DNA of 64,000 nt from a virus. Lineage: Duplodnaviria > Caudoviricetes. The translations under genes and the position numbers were made by a program. This document shows positions 46,220 through 54,172 of the stretch, in pieces (the first letter of the stretch is position 1; each line of letters begins with the position of its first letter). A model generated the notes under the pieces. The model had not been told where the DNA came from, searched no databases, and saw only the letters and a list, made by a program, of their open reading frames with translations. The stretch is from IMG/VR virus record IMGVR_UViG_3300009540_000001, positions 96,001 through 160,000 of that record; one strand, given 5' to 3'.

Positions 46220-46388
46220 GCGTGTCCTCTGTGTACTCGTACTCGAGGTCCCGCTCGCCTACCGGCCCGCCCTTGTAGTTCTCGCCACCCCCGCACCCGT
46301 CGCCGGGCCCGTCTCCGAAGTGCCCATTCACAACGCCGACGCCGTCGCCGCCTCGGTAGTTGAAGAGGTTGTCGGAGGTGTGTCTCAT
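46209..46388 (-). CDS. GDG-YEE family microprotein
   Basis: MRH..GGDG..GDGPGDGCG..YEYTED. Confidence 0.7.
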   Translation of the reverse strand: MRHTSDNLFNYRGGDGVGVVNGHFGDGPGDGCGGGENYKGGPVGERDLEYEYTEDTRAT

Positions 46389-46657
46389 TCGCTCTCTTTC
46401 TCCTCTGTGTACTCCCACGTCACGAGCGACACCTTCTCGTTCGGGCTGTACACGCCCGCGTCGCCGTCGGAAGTGTCGTACCCGCCGTATCCGATGCCGC
46501 CGCCGTCCCCGGAGATCTTGAAGGTGCGGTTGAGGCTGACGTTGAGGATGCCGCCCCCGCCTGTGTTGACCCGTGCGTTTTCGTACTCGTACGTCCAGGT
46601 ATACGCCAGGTGAAAGCCGTTGCCGAAGCCGTCGGCGCCCCAAGGTCGGCGCCTCAT
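46385..46657 (-). CDS. GDG-YEE family microprotein
   Basis: MRRR..DGFGNG..SGDGGG..EYTEE. Confidence 0.65.
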   Translation of the reverse strand: MRRRPWGADGFGNGFHLAYTWTYEYENARVNTGGGGILNVSLNRTFKISGDGGGIGYGGYDTSDGDAGVYSPNEKVSLVTWEYTEEKESE

Positions 46658-46689
46658 CCCTCGTAGATCTCCTGCACCCGCTCGCACAT
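46654..46689 (-). CDS. Mini-ORF MCERVQEIYEG (linker)
   Basis: SD GAGG; ATGA overlap with the next gene. Confidence 0.4.
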   Translation of the reverse strand: MCERVQEIYEG

Positions 46690-46693
46690 CACC

Positions 46694-47164
46694 TCAAGCG
46701 CCCCTCCGCGTCCCCTTCGGCGGTCTCCGGAAGATCAAGAACCCTCCCGAAGACCCGACGAGCACCCAGTCGTACTCCGACACGTAGTTGAGCAACTCGA
46801 TGCGCACGTCGGCGTACTCCTCGTCGGGCAGCTGCGCGTAGAGCCAGCCGTGGGACTTCGCAGCGTCGTACTGCGACGCCAGCGCAGCCTGCGCCGCGCG
46901 CAGCCTGGGCTTGATCGACGTCGAGCGCGCGTCGACGGTCAGGTCGATGCGCAGATACGACCCGCAGCGATTGAGCGCTTGCACGTAGGATTCGAGCTCG
47001 AGGGCGCTCGCGTCTTGCGCAGTCGTACGGTCGATGCGGAACTCGTTCACGAGCTGCGAGAGCGCGTTCCGAATCCGGTAGTTGTCTCCGTGCACCTCGA
47101 GCCGGTAGTCCGGATCGTCGGTGCTAGTGATGCGTGCAATGTACTGGATGCTGTTGTTGTTCAT
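46694..47164 (-). CDS. Hypothetical protein
   Basis: 156 aa, ATGA coupled. Confidence 0.6.
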   Translation of the reverse strand: MNNNSIQYIARITSTDDPDYRLEVHGDNYRIRNALSQLVNEFRIDRTTAQDASALELESYVQALNRCGSYLRIDLTVDARSTSIKPRLRAAQAALASQYDAAKSHGWLYAQLPDEEYADVRIELLNYVSEYDWVLVGSSGGFLIFRRPPKGTRRGA

Positions 47165-47346
47165 TTTACTTCTGACTCCTCTTCCTCTTCCTCGTCGTAC
47201 AGGATTCTCGCGTAGTCATCCGACCCGTCGCCGCCCTGGACCCCGGACCCCCCATCCCCCCACCCATCCCCGTACGGATTCGCGTAAGAGATGACCGGCG
47301 ACCACCCATCCCCGAACCGATCTACGCCTTCGCCGCGTTTGTACAT
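47161..47346 (-). CDS. GDG-YEE family microprotein
   Basis: FGDGW..YGDGWGDGG..GGDG..LYDEEE. Confidence 0.7.
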   Translation of the reverse strand: MYKRGEGVDRFGDGWSPVISYANPYGDGWGDGGSGVQGGDGSDDYARILYDEEEEEESEVK

Positions 47347-47359
47347 GGCGCACACACCT

Positions 47360-47581
47360 TCACCACGCCCAGCCCTCTTCGTACTGCATCTTCACGCGGT
47401 GGTAGGACACGCTGTCCCCGTTCTCCCCGAACGTCCGCGTCTGTCCCTCGCACGCGTAGTCCGAAGGATTCGCACCGCCGTCGCCGGCATACCTGGTGCG
47501 CCACCCCGCTTCGGCGGCCTCCGGCATGCTGCCTCCATCCCCCCACTGGCGAACGCTGTTCTCGACTCTCGAGTGCCTCAT
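47360..47581 (-). CDS. GDG-YEE family microprotein
   Basis: MRH..WGDGG..AGDGG..QYEEG. Confidence 0.7.
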   Translation of the reverse strand: MRHSRVENSVRQWGDGGSMPEAAEAGWRTRYAGDGGANPSDYACEGQTRTFGENGDSVSYHRVKMQYEEGWAW

Positions 47582-47748
47582 GTGTCCTCGTCATACTCGT
47601 ACCTCGGCACGCGCTCGTAGTTGTCCCCGTAGCCATCCCCGACTTTCCCGTCCCCCGTGCCGCCCCCGAGGCCGTTTACGAAGTGCCACTGTCCGAGCTC
47701 GGTGGGCTCGAGATACTGGCGGCCCTCCCAGTACATCTTCGTCTTCAT
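47578..47748 (-). CDS. GDG-YEE family microprotein
   Basis: TGDGKVGDGYGD..EYDEDT. Confidence 0.7.
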   Translation of the reverse strand: MKTKMYWEGRQYLEPTELGQWHFVNGLGGGTGDGKVGDGYGDNYERVPRYEYDEDT

Positions 47749-47954
47749 GTCTGATACTCCTCGCGCACGTCCTCGTCGTCCCCGTCGCCGTCCCCGTACC
47801 CAGGGCCGTCTCCGAACGCGGGCCCGAGAATGCCGTCGCCGTACGCCGTAAAGCTCCACCAAGGGTCGAGGCCTGTGCCGTCGCCGGGGGCGACGTATGA
47901 GCCGTACTCGTTGAGATATTGGACTTCGTCGAGGATGAGGCGAACAACGCTCAC
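47745..47954 (-). CDS. GDG-YEE family microprotein
   Basis: PGDG..YGDG..FGDGPGYGDGDG..REEY. Confidence 0.7.
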   Translation of the reverse strand: MSVVRLILDEVQYLNEYGSYVAPGDGTGLDPWWSFTAYGDGILGPAFGDGPGYGDGDGDDEDVREEYQT

Positions 47955-48133
47955 GTCACACCTTCTGCTTCCTCATACCCCCCAAGAAACGCCCCACCAT
48001 CCCCGCTCCACTTCGCGAGGTGCATCTCTTCCCGCGCCCACCCATCCCCGCGAAGATCCCCCGTGTAGCTGTCGCCCCAGCCGTCGCCGGGGTCGGAGGG
48101 CCAGGTCCGGTAGACGTCCGGCGTATGTCTCAT
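47951..48133 (-). CDS. GDG-YEE family microprotein
   Basis: MRH..PGDGWG..RGDGW..SGDGG..GYEEA. Confidence 0.7.
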   Translation of the reverse strand: MRHTPDVYRTWPSDPGDGWGDSYTGDLRGDGWAREEMHLAKWSGDGGAFLGGYEEAEGVT

Positions 48134-48330
48134 TCGACCTCCTCCTCGTACGCCCAAGGCTGCCCCATACCGTCCGCCCCGAACGCCTCGTCCCTGCGGA
48201 CGAAGACGCCGCGCGGGTCGAGCATGAAGTAGTGGTCCCCGTCGCCGTACGTGTTCCCGTGCGGCGATTGCCCCCACCCGTCGCCGTAGCGTATCCGCCC
48301 GTCGAAGTAGTTCCGGGGCATGCGCTTCAC
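48130..48330 (-). CDS. GDG-YEE family microprotein
   Basis: YGDGWG..YGDGD..AYEEEVE. Confidence 0.7.
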   Translation of the reverse strand: MKRMPRNYFDGRIRYGDGWGQSPHGNTYGDGDHYFMLDPRGVFVRRDEAFGADGMGQPWAYEEEVE

Positions 48331-48530
48331 GCGTCTCTCCACTCCTGCGAGTACCGCAGCGTCATGACGCTGTAGTCGCTGCCACCGCGACAGCGCCCGA
48401 GCGTCTCCGGGTCATACCCGCTGCCGCCCATGAACGCGTACTGCGTATCCCCGTAGCCGTCCCCCGGGGCGCCGCCGAGGTCGAGCTCCAGGTCCTCCTG
48501 GTAGCTCTCTGCGCACTCTTGGTAGCTCAC
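48327..48530 (-). CDS. GDG-YEE family microprotein
   Basis: PGDGYGD..RYSQE. Confidence 0.65.
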   Translation of the reverse strand: MSYQECAESYQEDLELDLGGAPGDGYGDTQYAFMGGSGYDPETLGRCRGGSDYSVMTLRYSQEWRDA

Positions 48531-48715
48531 TCCCCGACCTCCTCGTACCAAACCCTCACGTCTTCTTCCCAGGACCTGCGCTGCCCTCGCCCATCACCCC
48601 CGGAGCCGAGCTTCGCGTTCCCGTACCCATCCCCGGGGGCGTACTGCGGGGAGTAGTACCCATGCGGCAGAAAGTTGTCTCCTGTGTACGAGACGTTCCC
48701 TTGTACCCGCTTCAC
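48527..48715 (-). CDS. GDG-YEE family microprotein
   Basis: PGDGYG..GGDGRG..WYEEV. Confidence 0.7.
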   Translation of the reverse strand: MKRVQGNVSYTGDNFLPHGYYSPQYAPGDGYGNAKLGSGGDGRGQRRSWEEDVRVWYEEVGE

Positions 48716-48888
48716 TCCTCCTCCTCATACCTGCGTTGCAGCGTCACGCACGCCTCCTGCTGCGGCTCCCACGGGAGGGAGTCCTGCGTCACGCCATACC
48801 CCTCTCCATCGCCGGCCCAGTGGCCCCAGCGCATCGGCGCGCCGAACCCGTACCCCCGGTACCCCATGTTGTTCGGGCGCTCTCTCAC
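48712..48888 (-). CDS. GDG-YEE family microprotein
   Basis: GYGFG..AGDGEGYG..RRYEEEE. Confidence 0.7.
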   Translation of the reverse strand: MRERPNNMGYRGYGFGAPMRWGHWAGDGEGYGVTQDSLPWEPQQEACVTLQRRYEEEE

Positions 48889-49085
48889 CGCCACTCCGTG
48901 TCGGCATACCGTTCGATCGCGTCGTTGAAGTTATCCCCCACCGGGAAGTTCCCCAGCACGCCTTCCCCGTCCCCGTCCATCCAGCCGTTAGGGCCGTCGC
49001 CGCCCCCGTCGCCGCTGCTGAATCCTTCGTGACCGAGGCCGTACCCGCCTCCGTCCGCGAGGGAGTTCCATGCGCGATGTCTCAC
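48885..49085 (-). CDS. GDG-YEE family microprotein
   Basis: MRHRAW..SGDGGGDG..DGDGEG..RYAD. Confidence 0.7.
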   Translation of the reverse strand: MRHRAWNSLADGGGYGLGHEGFSSGDGGGDGPNGWMDGDGEGVLGNFPVGDNFNDAIERYADTEWR

Positions 49086-49243
49086 GTGAAAGTCTCCCCG
49101 TACACCCACGCCAAGTCGACGTCTTCGTACTCCTCTTGAATGTCCAAGAACGCATCCAGCATCGCGCCGTCCCCCAGGTACCCTCGGCCCCCATCCCCCC
49201 ACCCGTCGCCCCCGACCAAGGCGTTGCTCGCGCCGTCTTTCAT
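49082..49243 (-). CDS. GDG-YEE family microprotein
   Basis: GGDGWGDGG..LGDG..EYED. Confidence 0.7.
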   Translation of the reverse strand: MKDGASNALVGGDGWGDGGRGYLGDGAMLDAFLDIQEEYEDVDLAWVYGETFT

Positions 49244-49257
49244 CTCTGTCTTCCCCT

Positions 49258-49461
49258 TCAGCGCCCGAGCCCGCTGTTGCCGCCGTACCTTCCATAGACG
49301 TCGATGAAGTAGCCCCCGCTGATCCACGCAGGCTCGCCGGGGCCGTTGCCGTCGGCGTAGCCGAGGGGGTTGAGCCCGTCACCACTCAGGCTCACGCGCC
49401 GCTCAGTACCCCGGCGCTCATCCCCGCGATCGAACGGAACGTCGTAGTTGCTGTCTGGCAT
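49258..49461 (-). CDS. GDG family microprotein
   Basis: SGDGL..DGNGPG. Confidence 0.6.
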   Translation of the reverse strand: MPDSNYDVPFDRGDERRGTERRVSLSGDGLNPLGYADGNGPGEPAWISGGYFIDVYGRYGGNSGLGR

Positions 49462-49480
49462 CTTTTACCTCGTAAAGGCC

Positions 49481-49690
49481 TCACGGCGCCGCTTGATAGT
49501 CCGTCCTCATCCAGTCGTAGACGAAGCTGTCCCCCGTCCCACTTCCGACCGGACCGTCTGCGAAGCCGTCTGCACCCAGGCCTCCGCGCTGCCGCAGGGT
49601 GTCATTGAAGTACGTCCCGTAGGGCCCGCAGCCCGCGCCATCGCCCGAGGCCTGCAACGTCCCTGGAGCCTGCACGCCTGTTTCTTTCAT
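49481..49690 (-). CDS. GDG family microprotein
   Basis: SGDGAG..DGF.DG..DYQ. Confidence 0.6.
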   Translation of the reverse strand: MKETGVQAPGTLQASGDGAGCGPYGTYFNDTLRQRGGLGADGFADGPVGSGTGDSFVYDWMRTDYQAAP

Positions 49691-49857
49691 CCGCCAAACC
49701 TCTCCTGCCACCAGTACCCCCCGTAGCCGTCCCTCACGTCGTACGTGCTGTCTCCTCCGCGCTCGTAGTTCGAGTCGCCGACGTTGTCTCCTGCGTACCC
49801 GTCGCACGTGTCCCCGTAGCCGTCCCCGTCTTGAAGGAGGCCGGTGTCGTCGATCAT
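49687..49857 (-). CDS. GDG family microprotein (56 aa, not in ORF track)
   Basis: MIDDTGLLQDGDGYGDTCDGY..DGYGG..WQER. Confidence 0.65.
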   Translation of the reverse strand: MIDDTGLLQDGDGYGDTCDGYAGDNVGDSNYERGGDSTYDVRDGYGGYWWQERFGG

Positions 49858-49858
49858 G

Positions 49859-50053
49859 TCAGTCCGGATCCTCCTCGTACGTATCGCCCCAGTACGACCG
49901 CAGAAGGCTCGTGCCGTTGCCCGCGCCGACGTTGCCGTCCCCGTACCCGCCGCCGCCCAGGTCGTTGACGCGGTCAGCTACCACGCACTCGATGTTCCCG
50001 TCGCCGTCGACGCGGTCGGAGTAGTTGTAAGATCGAGGCTTCAGCGTTCCCAT
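49859..50053 (-). CDS. GDG-YEE family microprotein
   Basis: DGDGN..GYGDG..GNG..TYEEDPD; SD GGAGGAG. Confidence 0.7.
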   Translation of the reverse strand: MGTLKPRSYNYSDRVDGDGNIECVVADRVNDLGGGGYGDGNVGAGNGTSLLRSYWGDTYEEDPD

Positions 50054-50127
50054 GCAGGGCACTCCTCCGTACGCCGTAAAGAGAACACCCCCGAGGGCCA
50101 CCACGGCCCTCGGAGGCGTTCTACGTT

Positions 50128-50155
50128 CTTGTACCTGTTTCAGTCCTGTCTTTCG
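50128..50155 (-). promoter_or_regulatory. Candidate phage promoter (CGAAA-N17-TACAAG) followed by a hairpin
   Basis: At the head of the 45.3-50.1 kb array; hairpin ccgagggcc..ggccctcgg at about 50091-50113. Confidence 0.6.
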
Positions 50156-50156
50156 G

Positions 50157-51044
50157 CTACTCGGCCCACTCCCGCACGAGCGACCCTTCCGGGTACGCCT
50201 TGAGGAAGTGCGGCACCGCCCCCGCGTGGTTCCCGATCTTCATGAGCTTGCGTCCCTCGACGTACGCGAACAACGCCGACGTCGCTCGCTTCGCGATCTC
50301 GAGCCGACCCTCCGTGCTCTTCTCGCCCTGATGCGTGGCGACGTGATTGCGCAAGGCGAGCACCGGGTCGCCTGCGACGAGGCCTTCCCCGGTGCAGTAC
50401 GCGTCGACGAAGGCCGCGACCTTCTCCGGCGAAGTCCGGTACGCGAACAAGGCCGGACCGGCGATGTACCCGACCTTCATCATGGTCCGGTCGGCTTGCG
50501 CCTGGAACCACTCCAGGGCCGCAGGGTTCTCGGCCGCGAAGTGGAGCACCTGCTCCGCTTTCAGGCCAGGAGTGCGGTCGTTCATCACAACCGCCGCAAG
50601 CATGTTCACGGCAGCCGACGTGCGCGTCGGCTTCGCGAGACCCATGAGCCCCGCGTTCTGCGCAACGGTACGCGGGCGTCCGTCGTCGAAGAACATGAGC
50701 GCGTTCTCGGCGACGCCGAACGAGACGTTCATGATGATGGGCATGTCCAGCGCCGTGATGGCGAGCAGCCGGTGCTGCCCGTTGAGAAGGTGCCCGGAGA
50801 CGGACGTGCAGATGGGCGTCCCGATGTCGGGCTGCCACTTGCTGTCGGCCATCAAGGCCCTGTACTTCTCGACGGTCTTCATCGAGATGGGCCGGTTCTT
50901 GGCATTGGTCTTCAAGAGCCCGTCCGCGATCTCCGGCGAGATCTCGAGGAGGCCCGACCACGAAGCCGTGATGGGGAGCGACTTGAAGTCGCCAGACGCC
51001 ACCAGGAGTGTGCGGCCTTTGTGCAAGCGCGATTCGAGTTTCAT
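50157..51044 (-). CDS. ParB-like N-terminal domain protein
   Basis: ISPEIA..LL..N..NRPI..V..Y...M...W..LLNGQHRLLA..DDGRPRT. Confidence 0.7.
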   Translation of the reverse strand: MKLESRLHKGRTLLVASGDFKSLPITASWSGLLEISPEIADGLLKTNAKNRPISMKTVEKYRALMADSKWQPDIGTPICTSVSGHLLNGQHRLLAITALDMPIIMNVSFGVAENALMFFDDGRPRTVAQNAGLMGLAKPTRTSAAVNMLAAVVMNDRTPGLKAEQVLHFAAENPAALEWFQAQADRTMMKVGYIAGPALFAYRTSPEKVAAFVDAYCTGEGLVAGDPVLALRNHVATHQGEKSTEGRLEIAKRATSALFAYVEGRKLMKIGNHAGAVPHFLKAYPEGSLVREWAE

Positions 51045-51067
51045 GTTCGTTGTCCTTTCCCAGTCAG

Positions 51068-51253
51068 TCAGTTGTCGTCTTCGTACTCTTGCGTGACGCC
51101 GTACAGCGCCACGTCGATCCACTCGTCGATCTCGTCGAGATCAGCGTCTCCGACATAGCCCGGGCCGAGGCCATCCCCGTAGCCGTTGCCCGAGGAGTAC
51201 AGCCCGTACCCGCCTCCGAATCCCCCGGTGTAGTTCCACGCCGTCCGCCTCAC
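51068..51253 (-). CDS. GDG-YEE family microprotein
   Basis: MRRTAW..GNGYGDG..EYEDD. Confidence 0.7.
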   Translation of the reverse strand: MRRTAWNYTGGFGGGYGLYSSGNGYGDGLGPGYVGDADLDEIDEWIDVALYGVTQEYEDDN

Positions 51254-51369
51254 GGCCCGCCGCACTCGGCGAGCGCGTTGCCCGCGACGCCCGCGACGAG
51301 GAACAGCGCGAGCAGCCAGAGGCCCCAGTAGGACGGGGCGTGCGGATCTCCCTCTATCTCAGGGCGCAT
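51250..51369 (-). CDS. Small TM protein (39 aa)
   Basis: WGLWLLALFLVAGVAG hydrophobic helix; GTGA coupling. Confidence 0.45.
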   Translation of the reverse strand: MRPEIEGDPHAPSYWGLWLLALFLVAGVAGNALAECGGP

Positions 51370-51444
51370 GCGTTGAACCGCCCCTCGTGCGTGAGCGTGC
51401 ACTGAACAAACCCCGGCTCCGAGGAGCTGACCCGCCGGGATCGC

Positions 51445-51801
51445 TCACGCCACCCTCCTCGACCCGCCGTCCCCCAGCACGCCGCGCTCGGCGTCGTCCA
51501 CGGCCGGGAGCTTGAGCCGCTCCGGCACGCGCCGACGGACGAAGGTGTCGGCCACCGAGAGCTTCACGGTGACCTCCTTCGAGAAGAACGCGCGCGCCAT
51601 GCGCGTCGCGAGCAGCTCGTCGTCGCCCTCCTCGAGCAGGGCGCGCAGCTCGACCCGTAACGGGGGCGGGATCGACGGCCAGCACGCGACGACCTCGTTG
51701 CGGAGGTAGACGAGGGCGATCTCCCTGCTCAGGCAGGGAACGACGTACGAGTGGCTGTACGCCGACTTCGAGAAGTAGTGCGCGCCATTGGGATCTCTCA
51801 T
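51445..51801 (-). CDS. Hypothetical protein
   Basis: 118 aa downstream of the promoter motif and hairpin. Confidence 0.55.
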   Translation of the reverse strand: MRDPNGAHYFSKSAYSHSYVVPCLSREIALVYLRNEVVACWPSIPPPLRVELRALLEEGDDELLATRMARAFFSKEVTVKLSVADTFVRRRVPERLKLPAVDDAERGVLGDGGSRRVA

Positions 51802-51865
51802 GACTGTACCTTTGTCCTTTCAAGAAACGACACGAGCCGCAGAGAGACTCTCTGCGGCTCGTGAT

Positions 51866-51893
51866 CTTATACCTTGTTTCTAGGGCTGTTTAC
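51866..51893 (-). promoter_or_regulatory. Candidate phage promoter (GTAAA-N17-TATAAG) followed by a perfect 15-bp hairpin
   Basis: cacgagccgcagaga-gac-tctctgcggctcgtg at 51831-51863. Confidence 0.6.
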
Positions 51894-52084
51894 TCACCGT
51901 AGTCCGTGCGATCCCTCTCCCTCCTTTGCCGCGCGCCCCACCGCCATGCGTACATCCACATGTCTCCTCTGACGCCTTGCAGGCCGTCCGGACAGAAGTA
52001 GCCGTTGCCGTCCCGCCCACCGTTGTAGAACCCTGCGCTGTCACCGTTGCCGTCGTCGCCGACGCCCTCGCCGACGTGCCTCAT
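51890..52084 (-). CDS. GDG-YEE family microprotein
   Basis: MRH..DDGNGD..DGNGY..DYGE. Confidence 0.65.
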   Translation of the reverse strand: MRHVGEGVGDDGNGDSAGFYNGGRDGNGYFCPDGLQGVRGDMWMYAWRWGARQRRERDRTDYGE

Positions 52085-52266
52085 GTCCCGCTGTCCTCGT
52101 ACGCCAGCTGCTGCGAAGGCACCAGCCACAACAGCTCCCCGGGACGCTGCCGATTCTGGTCCCCATTCGGGGCGCAGGCGACGTAGCCGTCGCCCTGCCA
52201 GTTCGCCCAGAAGCCGGTGCCCCGGCCGTCGCCGTTGCTGTCGGCTCCTTCGCCCTGTGTGTTCAT
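52081..52266 (-). CDS. GDG-YEE family microprotein
   Basis: NGDGRG..QGDGY..AYED. Confidence 0.7.
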   Translation of the reverse strand: MNTQGEGADSNGDGRGTGFWANWQGDGYVACAPNGDQNRQRPGELLWLVPSQQLAYEDSGT

Positions 52267-52457
52267 GCCCCGCTCCACTCGTAGGACCACCGCAGGATCG
52301 GCAGCGGGTAGTTCCCTAGAACGGCCGCGTTCAGCGCATGGCCGGAGTCGGAACGAAACCCACCGTCGCCGTCTTCATCCCCAAGACGAAGGGCCCCGAG
52401 AATGCACGAGCCGTCGCCGTCGCCTTCGGGATCTACGCAGTCTGCACGTTGCTTCAC
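52263..52457 (-). CDS. GDG-YEE family microprotein
   Basis: EGDGDG..DGDGG..SYEW. Confidence 0.7.
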   Translation of the reverse strand: MKQRADCVDPEGDGDGSCILGALRLGDEDGDGGFRSDSGHALNAAVLGNYPLPILRWSYEWSGA

Positions 52458-52636
52458 ACATCACTCGCCGCTTCGATCTTCTCGTGGATCAGCGCCTTCT
52501 GCGTCACCGACAAGATCTTCAGCTTCTCCGTGAAGCTCTTCTCGAGCTTCTTCTTCTCCTTCGCATCGTTCTCTTTCGCGAACGCCTCCCACACTCCGAA
52601 CACGTGATCGACCATCAAGGCGTCGTTGTCAGGCAT
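52454..52636 (-). CDS. Small helical hypothetical protein
   Basis: SD GGAGG; coupled to the next gene. Confidence 0.55.
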   Translation of the reverse strand: MPDNDALMVDHVFGVWEAFAKENDAKEKKKLEKSFTEKLKILSVTQKALIHEKIEAASDV

Positions 52637-52653
52637 GGCTCATCCCTCCGTTG

Positions 52654-53328
52654 TTACAGACTCTCGAGTCTCTCCGCCGTGTTGTACCGAGTCTGGTACC
52701 GATCCTCGACGCGGTCGCCCCCGTCGCCCCATCCGCCGCCCGTGTCCGCGCACGTCGGCGGCGTGCCGTACCCATCGCCCGCAGGTGCGCTGGTCCAGCG
52801 CACGACCTTGAGGCGTTCCTTCGTGCTGTCCACGAGCTCTTTCCACGCTTCCTCCATCGCGGCGTTGTGCTCGGCGTACGCCACCTCGATCGCGACGCAG
52901 AGCGCCTCGAACGTCTCCCCCGACACAAGCTTCTCGGACGTGTACCCGGGTTCGCCATTGTCGGTGAGCGAGAGAACCGACTCGATCTCCTCCACGGCGT
53001 CGTCTTCGCTGTCGTCGTCGACGCGTACGTTGAGCGAGCTGAGCAGATCGCGCGGCTCGTCCCATGCGTCTGTGAAGCTCGCGTCGGCTTGGTACTCCCC
53101 GGTGTCGATGCGCTCGAGTCTGAAGTACCCGTACGAGCACTCCTTGCGCGGCGCGGACGAGATCGTGACGCGCACGCCTTGCTCGACCTGGGCCTTGATG
53201 GCGTCGTACATGCCAGGTTCTCGATCCTCCCAGCCCTCGCGCTCCGATTCCCAGACGGCGTACTTGAGGTCGAGTTCGTAGTGTGTGCGCTCCTCGGCGT
53301 CGGCGTCCACGCCCCTCATGCCGCTCAC
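52654..53328 (-). CDS. Acidic protein with a C-terminally fused GDG module
   Basis: Ends VRWTSAPAGDGYG..GGGWGDGG..RYQTRY. Confidence 0.6.
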   Translation of the reverse strand: MSGMRGVDADAEERTHYELDLKYAVWESEREGWEDREPGMYDAIKAQVEQGVRVTISSAPRKECSYGYFRLERIDTGEYQADASFTDAWDEPRDLLSSLNVRVDDDSEDDAVEEIESVLSLTDNGEPGYTSEKLVSGETFEALCVAIEVAYAEHNAAMEEAWKELVDSTKERLKVVRWTSAPAGDGYGTPPTCADTGGGWGDGGDRVEDRYQTRYNTAERLESL

Positions 53329-53945
53329 GTCCTCGCCTGGTATCGCACCAGCTCCACACTCGCAGCCGAGAACGCCCCCGACACCCTCGGGTCGTTGAAG
53401 TAGTCGGCGTCGTAGACGACGCGCTTGACCCGCGCGGCGAGGAGCACCTTCGCGCAGTTCCAGCAGGGGTAGGTGTTCGTGTAGCAGACGGAGTCTTTCG
53501 AGCTCACGCCGTAAAGCCCCGCCTGAAGCACCGAGTTCTGCTCGGCGTGAATGGTGCGCAGGCACGTCTCCCGCCCGTCGAGTACGCCGATGTCGTGCCC
53601 GACGTCGTCGCAGTGCGGCGCCCCCGGCGCCGAACCGTTGTAGCCGGTGGCGATGATGCGGGAGTCGTGCACGAGGATGGCTCCGACGTGCTTGCGGTCG
53701 CACGTAGAGCGACTTGAAGTCTCTCGGACGATCGCCATGAAGTAGTCGACCCAGGCCTTGCGGGTGGGAGGGGCGAGGTGCGTGGCGCTATGCCGAAACT
53801 CCGCCATCGACATGCCCTGGATACCCGGGGCGTCATCGTACTTGAGCAAGACGATGACGGCGGCGTTGTAGGTCGCGTAGTCGACGGCCACAGCCCGTCG
53901 ACCGTCGTTGAATGCGTACGTGTGATTGAGCAGCGGTTCGGTCAC
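53325..53945 (-). CDS. dCMP deaminase (ComEB-like) with N-terminal extension
   Basis: W.DYFM..RSTC.RK.VGA..TGYNG..HAEQN..PCWNCAK. Confidence 0.9.
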   Translation of the reverse strand: MTEPLLNHTYAFNDGRRAVAVDYATYNAAVIVLLKYDDAPGIQGMSMAEFRHSATHLAPPTRKAWVDYFMAIVRETSSRSTCDRKHVGAILVHDSRIIATGYNGSAPGAPHCDDVGHDIGVLDGRETCLRTIHAEQNSVLQAGLYGVSSKDSVCYTNTYPCWNCAKVLLAARVKRVVYDADYFNDPRVSGAFSAASVELVRYQART

Positions 53946-54172
53946 TGGGGGTCTCCAAGGAAGCGGATGTGTTCAACCGAGAGCCCCGCAGTTTTCGGCA
54001 GATCGTAGGTCTCGATCTTCTCGAGGACTTTGTACAACCCGTTCTTGTCCGGGGCTGCGTGAACCTGGGGGTCGTAGCCCTTGGGGGCGGTCGACGTCCA
54101 CACGTAGCGGCAGCGCGTGCCGAGGCCGTCGTCGACGGTCAGGGTCATGCCGTCGTAGGGCTTGATATTCAT
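53942..54172 (-). CDS. Hypothetical protein
   Basis: Coupled on both sides. Confidence 0.55.
   Translation of the reverse strand: MNIKPYDGMTLTVDDGLGTRCRYVWTSTAPKGYDPQVHAAPDKNGLYKVLEKIETYDLPKTAGLSVEHIRFLGDPQ

Noticed and set aside
45437-50053. RiPP precursor cluster
   Set aside because: No conserved leader and no recognisable maturase or transporter nearby. An enzyme outside the window cannot be excluded.
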